NCBI GenBank assembly: GCA_902533655.1
Contig: CACAMX010000001.1
Coordinates: 88,171-152,170, forward strand
DNA: 64,000 nt
Reading direction: 5' to 3'
From: an uncultured Bacteroidota bacterium
Lineage (GTDB): Bacteria > Bacteroidota > Bacteroidia > Flavobacteriales > BACL11
How positions within the stretch are numbered: position 1 is the stretch's first letter; each line of letters starts with the position of its first letter. A model generated the notes under the pieces. That model worked only from the letters and a program-made list of their open reading frames with translations. It searched no databases and had not been told where the DNA came from. Below are positions 59,399-64,000 of the stretch, in pieces. The position numbers and the translations under genes are program-made.

Positions 59399-60811
59399 TT
59401 ATATTGTGCTTATTTTTAAGGTGTTTGTTCCTCCTTTTTCTTTAGCTGGCATACTAGACGTGTTTATAATTATATCTCCTTTTTTTACAATTTTATTTTT
59501 ATGTAAAATGTCTATTGTTTCCTCAATCAGCTGATCTGTAGTTGACCCTCTATCATAATAAAACCCTACTACCCCCCAAAACATACTCATTGTGTTTAAA
59601 ATATTGTGGTTATTTGTAAAGGCATATATAAACGCCTTTGGCCTGTAACTAGAAACCTTAAGCGCACTGTATCCCGAATATGTTGCAGATATAATTGCTT
59701 TTGCGTTTAAGTCATTAGCAACCTTGACTGTGTTTTTACAAATATTATCAGCTATTTTTCTTTTTGTACTTACACGACCTCTTATTTTTTTAAACTCAAA
59801 ATCTTCCATGCTTTTTTCTGCATCTTTAATTGTTTTTCTCATTGTCTCTACAACTTTGAGTGGGTGTTTGCCAATTGACGTTTCTCCACTTAACATTAGG
59901 GCGTCTGCCCCATCAAAAACTGAATTTGAAACGTCGTTTATTTCAGCTCTGGTGGCTGAAAAATTATTAGTCATGCTTTCAAGCATTTGTGTTGCAATGA
60001 TGCAAGGTTTCGATCCGAACCTGCATTTATTAACTATTTTTTTTTGAAGTACCGGAACTTTGTGTGCTGGTATTTCTACGCCTAAGTCTCCCCTAGCTAT
60101 CATAATTCCGTCTGATAACTCGATTATTTCATCGATGTTTTTTACTGCCTCCGGTTTTTCTATCTTAGCAATAACTTTAGCGTTGCTTTTAGCTTTTTTT
60201 ATTTTCTTTTGTAAAAAAACCACGTCCTCTTTTTTTCTAACAAAAGACAGCGCTATCCACTCAATGTTTTCTGAAAGCACAAACTTAAGGTCTGCAAGAT
60301 CTTTTTTTGTTAGTGAGCTCATTTTAATGTTTGTGTCAGGCAGGTTAATTCCCTTTCTCTCTTTTATTACCCCATTGTTCATTGATCTTAAAAGAACTGT
60401 GTTTTTTTCTTTTTTAAGAACCTTAAAAGCTAACTTTCCATCTTCAATTAAAACATTATCCCCCTTTTTTACATCTTTAGAAAAACCTCTATAATCAACC
60501 GACATATCATGTTTTTTTGAGGCTCCTATGCTTATTGTCTGTCCTATTACAGTGTTAAGTTGGTTGTTTTTATTATTAATTTTCTTTACCCTAATTTTTG
60601 GCCCCTGCAAATCCGCCATGATAGCTGTATGTGTTGAAAGTTCCTGATTAATAGTTTTTACATTTGAAATTATTTCTTTTGCTTTTTCAAATGAAAGATG
60701 AGAAAAGTTTAACCTACAGACATTTACCCCCTTTTTTATCATTCTTTTTAAAATTGATAGTTTGGAGCAAGAAGGACCAATAGTTGCAATAATTTTTGTT
60801 TTCCTAATCAT
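59399..60811 (-). CDS. pyk: pyruvate kinase
   Basis: KIIATIGP, DLQGPKIR, IMIARGDLGVE and MLES. Confidence 0.95.
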   Translation of the reverse strand: MIRKTKIIATIGPSCSKLSILKRMIKKGVNVCRLNFSHLSFEKAKEIISNVKTINQELSTHTAIMADLQGPKIRVKKINNKNNQLNTVIGQTISIGASKKHDMSVDYRGFSKDVKKGDNVLIEDGKLAFKVLKKEKNTVLLRSMNNGVIKERKGINLPDTNIKMSSLTKKDLADLKFVLSENIEWIALSFVRKKEDVVFLQKKIKKAKSNAKVIAKIEKPEAVKNIDEIIELSDGIMIARGDLGVEIPAHKVPVLQKKIVNKCRFGSKPCIIATQMLESMTNNFSATRAEINDVSNSVFDGADALMLSGETSIGKHPLKVVETMRKTIKDAEKSMEDFEFKKIRGRVSTKRKIADNICKNTVKVANDLNAKAIISATYSGYSALKVSSYRPKAFIYAFTNNHNILNTMSMFWGVVGFYYDRGSTTDQLIEETIDILHKNKIVKKGDIIINTSSMPAKEKGGTNTLKISTI

Positions 60812-61208
60812 AAAATATTTCTTTTTTTTTACTGTCTTTTTCTAAATCTACCTCAAATATTAATAAAATTTCTGAGATACTATTCAGTTTGTTTATGAAG
60901 TTAGTTTTTTGTCTATCAAAAAAAGGTTTTTCAATTTTCAGAAAATAGTTGACTTTTTTATCTTTTGGGTCTAAGTAACCGTTACGCGATCTGTTTGAAA
61001 CAACCTCTATAATTTCACTTTCATTCAAATGCTTGTACCTATGAAAGGGGCCTGATTTTAAACAAGTAATTGGTTCTGCCCTACAAAGGTTGGTTTGAAG
61101 TTTCTTATTTATTCTCCAACATAGTTTATAAGATTTCTCATGACTAATAATTGAAAATAACAAAAAATTAACATTAAAATCTTCTGTTAGCTTTAACTTT
61201 TTTAACAT
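60804..61208 (-). CDS. IPExxxVDY-family protein (Bacteroidetes-specific, unknown function)
   Basis: 134 aa. It follows the family pattern as I remember it: LKL..DF....LL.I.S....YKL....N, then YLDPKDKKVNYFLKIE at the motif position. The family is usually found next to pyk and rnc. Confidence 0.55.
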   Translation of the reverse strand: MLKKLKLTEDFNVNFLLFSIISHEKSYKLCWRINKKLQTNLCRAEPITCLKSGPFHRYKHLNESEIIEVVSNRSRNGYLDPKDKKVNYFLKIEKPFFDRQKTNFINKLNSISEILLIFEVDLEKDSKKKEIFYD

Positions 61209-61681
61209 TAAAAAACTTTATTAATTATTTTTTCTAATTTATTTAGTATTAATCGCTCTCTCTTAAACTGCAAAATGTGTTTTATTATAAATTTTTCGCA
61301 GTGTTTTATCCCTTTATCTACAAATAAAGCACCTATGATTGACTCTAATGTGTTGCCAAGCATGTTTTTAGAAAGATAGCTGCTTCTATGCTTAATCACA
61401 TTTTTATTTAGTATTTTTTCAGCAATGTTGTTTAAGTTCTCTCTGGAAACATATTTTGATTTTTCTATACTTAAAAACCCTTCATTTGCATCTTTGTTCT
61501 TAATAAATAATTGTTGTGAAACTATTAGGTCCAGTACTGCATCCCCTAAAAACTCTAGTCTTTCATTGTTTGAAGAGTTACTGTAAGACTTGTGAGTAAT
61601 AGCTTTTAAATAAATCTCTTTCTCATTGGTCTTTATTCCTAATGCGTCTCTATAAAAATCTTTGATTTGTTTATCTGACAA
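61208..61681 (-). CDS. rnc: ribonuclease III catalytic domain only (no dsRBD)
   Basis: 157 aa. ERLEFLGDAVLD signature and NTLESIIGALFVD. The next gene starts at the stop codon, so there is no room for a dsRBD. Confidence 0.85.
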   Translation of the reverse strand: MSDKQIKDFYRDALGIKTNEKEIYLKAITHKSYSNSSNNERLEFLGDAVLDLIVSQQLFIKNKDANEGFLSIEKSKYVSRENLNNIAEKILNKNVIKHRSSYLSKNMLGNTLESIIGALFVDKGIKHCEKFIIKHILQFKRERLILNKLEKIINKVF

Positions 61682-61686
61682 CCTAT

Positions 61687-62935
61687 TTAAATCTTGCTAA
61701 ACATAATTGATGCGTTGTGACCCCCAAAGCCAAAGGTATTGCAAAGGGCTGTCTTTATATTTCTGTCTTGACTCTTGTTTAAAGTAAGCTGAAGCTTGTT
61801 GTTTATTTTTGGGTCTAGCTTAAAGTTATTAATCGTTGGTGGAACAAGACTATGCTGTATTGACAATACTGTAGCTATTGATTCTACAGCTCCTGCGGCT
61901 CCAAGCAAATGACCTGTCATTGACTTGGTTGAGCTTATATTAATTTTTTCACTGCGAGCGCCAAACAAGCTCTCGATTGCTTTTAGCTCGGCAACATCAC
62001 CAAGAGGTGTAGAGGTTCCGTGAACATTAATGTAATCTACTTCTGAAAGATCGAGGCCCGCATAATTTACAGCATCACTCATAACTTTTCTTGCACCATC
62101 ACCTTCTGGGTGAGGTGCTGTTATGTGGTGCGCGTCAGCTGACAGGCCAACACCTGTTATTTCTGCATAAATTTTCGCCCCCCGTTTCGTTGCATGCTCT
62201 AGCTCTTCAATTACTAAAGCCCCTGCGCCCTCACCTAATACAAAACCGTCTCTTTCAGAGTCAAACGGCCTTGAAGCCGTCTTAGGGTCCTCGTTTCTTG
62301 TTGATAATGCCATCATAGCATTAAACCCACCTATGCCAAGCTCATTAACACAAGCTTCAGAGCCCCCTGTTACAAACGCATCTGAAAACCCTAGTTTAAT
62401 ATAATTGAATGCATTTATTATAGCATTGCTTGCAGAAGCGCATGCAGATACGGCGCTATAATTTGGCCCTTTTAAACCATATTTTATTGAAATGTGTCCT
62501 GCAGGAATGTCTGAAATTATTTTTGGTATAAAAAAAGGGTTAAGCCTTGATGATTCTCCATTATTAAGAAAAAGTTTTGTTTCTTGTAGCATTGTTGTTA
62601 GCCCTCCTATGCCTGAGCCCCAAATAACCCCTGTTCTTTCTTTATTGAAATTTGTAGAAAGTAGTTTTGAGTCGCTTAGTGCTTGGTCTGCTACAACCAT
62701 AGCAAGTTGACAAAACCGATCTAGTCTCCTAGCTTCTTTTCTGTCTAGATAATCCTCAGCCTGAAAACCCTTTACCTCACAGGCAAACTTTGTTTTAAAA
62801 TTTTTTGCGTCAAAAAGAGTTATTTTTTCTGCGCCTGATTTTCCATCAACAAGACTTTTCCAATAATCGTTAATATTATTTCCAATGGGAGTTAGCGCCC
62901 CCCATACCAGTAACAACTACTCTCCTGTTTTTCAT
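61687..62935 (-). CDS. fabF: beta-ketoacyl-ACP synthase II, interrupted by a 1-nt frameshift 12 codons from the ATG
   Basis: Contains ACASASNAI (Cys), HGTSTPLGD and GHLLGAAG. MKNRRVVVTGMG is encoded from the ATG at 62933-62935 in one frame. ALTPIGNN... continues in another frame after the C6 run at 62898-62903. Confidence 0.9.
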
Positions 62936-62942
62936 TTAAGAG

Positions 62943-63173
62943 TTATGCGTTTTCGATAAATGAAATCGCGTCTCCTACGGTCTCTATTGATTCTGCTTTA
63001 TCGTCTGGTATTTGTATGTCAAACTCTTTTTCGAACTCCATTATTAACTCAACGGTGTCTAATGAGTCCGCCCCTAAGTCATTTGTAAAGCTAGATGTGT
63101 CTGTAACATCTGCCTCTGAAACTCCAAGTTTGTCTACTATTATTGCTTTTACTTTAGTTGATACTTCTGACAT
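62943..63173 (-). CDS. acpP: acyl carrier protein
   Basis: I prefer the ATG at 63173, giving 76 aa. [16 protein letters not shown] carries the phosphopantetheine Ser. Confidence 0.95.
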   Translation of the reverse strand: MSEVSTKVKAIIVDKLGVSEADVTDTSSFTNDLGADSLDTVELIMEFEKEFDIQIPDDKAESIETVGDAISFIENA

Positions 63174-63272
63174 AATTTTTTTTTTGCAAATTACATTAAT
63201 AATTGAAACCACATCACAATTTAATTGTTACTATATTAACATATATTTGTTTAAATAATTTTAGTTAATTAT

Positions 63273-63833
63273 ATGAAAAAAAACATTGCTGTTTTTTCAT
63301 CTGGAAGAGGTGGAAATTTTGAAAACATTTGTAATTATTTTCAAAATAACAAAAATGTTTTTGTTTGTTTACACGTTACAAATAAATTTGACTCTTTTTC
63401 AAAAAAAATTGCCGAGAAAAGAAAAATTAAAAATATTTATGTAACTAAAAAAGAACTAGAGAAAAGTAGTTTTTATGAGGTTTTGCAAGAAAACAACATC
63501 CACTTTATTGTGCTTGCGGGTTTTCTTTTAAAACTACCCTCGCACTTAGTTTGTTCATACGACAAAAGAATTATTAACCTTCACCCCTCGCTTCTTCCAA
63601 AATTCGGCGGCAAAGGTATGTACGGGGACAATGTTCATTTAAGGGTGTTAGGCTCTGGTGAAAAAAAAACTGGCATAACTATTCATTATGTGAATGAAGA
63701 GTATGACAGTGGAGATATCATTTTTCAAAAAGAAATTGAGCTCTCTGATGTAGAAAGCCTAGAGACGTTAAGAGAAAAAATCAGAGAGGCTGAGTATTAT
63801 TATTTCCCAAGAGTCATAAAAAATCTTCTATAG
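63273..63833 (+). CDS. purN: phosphoribosylglycinamide formyltransferase
   Basis: [13 protein letters not shown], and [22 protein letters not shown] box lies at 63242-63249. Confidence 0.92.
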   Translation: MKKNIAVFSSGRGGNFENICNYFQNNKNVFVCLHVTNKFDSFSKKIAEKRKIKNIYVTKKELEKSSFYEVLQENNIHFIVLAGFLLKLPSHLVCSYDKRIINLHPSLLPKFGGKGMYGDNVHLRVLGSGEKKTGITIHYVNEEYDSGDIIFQKEIELSDVESLETLREKIREAEYYYFPRVIKNLL

Positions 63834-63834
63834 T

Positions 63835-64000
63835 ATGAACGTAAGCATATACACTGATGGTTCTTCAAGAGGAAATCCTGGGTGCGGAGGCTATGGTGTT
63901 GTTCTGTTATACGAAGGCCATAGAAAAGAAATTAGTGGTGGTTTTAGACTTACAACCAATAACCGTATGGAGTTACTAGCAGTTATTGTGGGTTTGGAGG
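63835..64000 (+). CDS. rnhA: ribonuclease HI (5' part; runs off the window)
   Basis: Hand translation gives [24 protein letters not shown]...[15 protein letters not shown]. The DG..GNPG and NNRMEL motifs are present. Confidence 0.85.
   Translation, partial: MNVSIYTDGSSRGNPGCGGYGVVLLYEGHRKEISGGFRLTTNNRMELLAVIVGLE

Noticed and set aside
1-64000. Search for CRISPR arrays, tRNA/rRNA genes, IS elements, integrases, and toxin-antitoxin or phage-defence cassettes.
   Set aside because: I saw no regularly spaced direct repeats, no GC-rich cloverleaf-sized islands in the few intergenic gaps, and no transposase, recombinase or defence-type ORFs. Apart from a handful of small or uncharacterised ORFs flagged above, the ORFs are accounted for by housekeeping functions. 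A proper tRNAscan/Infernal run would be needed to exclude small RNAs formally.

Overview
The window is a gene-dense, visibly AT-rich chromosomal segment that looks like a streamlined member of the Flavobacteriia (Bacteroidota). Lineage markers are GldH, a T9SS type-B C-terminal sorting domain, an S46 dipeptidyl-peptidase, an IPExxxVDY-family protein, sdhCAB, an ATP-cone-bearing NrdB, and repeated TAnnTTTG -7 promoter boxes. Almost everything is core housekeeping: polA, lepA, purD/Q/F/N, nrdBA, sdhCAB, an iscA-type carrier gene followed by sufBCDSE and a DUF59 gene, ileS-dksA-lspA, asd, uvrC, lysS, lipB, scoAB, mrcA-gldH-holB, pgk, pheS, pyk, rnc-fabF-acpP and rnhA. By eye I found no rRNA, tRNA, CRISPR array, transposase, integrase or phage gene. 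The best candidate for an undescribed system is a translationally coupled trio at 32369-34700. It comprises a CSAD/GAD-clade PLP decarboxylase, a protein with LRAT/PLAAT-like His-His-Cys motifs, and a 4-Cys mini-protein; its function is inferred only. Other points worth a second look:
- A decayed purQ paralogue sits directly after the intact purQ.
- fabF has a 1-nt homopolymer frameshift that splits off its conserved N-terminus.
- A fructosamine-kinase-family gene has no canonical start codon and abuts the preceding stop in the same frame.
- RNase III has no dsRBD.
- Pol I has a vestigial proofreading domain.
- Six genes have a -7 box only 4-5 nt from the start codon, which implies leaderless mRNAs.
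- Two uncharacterised genes (DUF2480-like, DUF3050-like) are appended to the suf cluster.
All family assignments come from motif recognition by eye. No searches were run.
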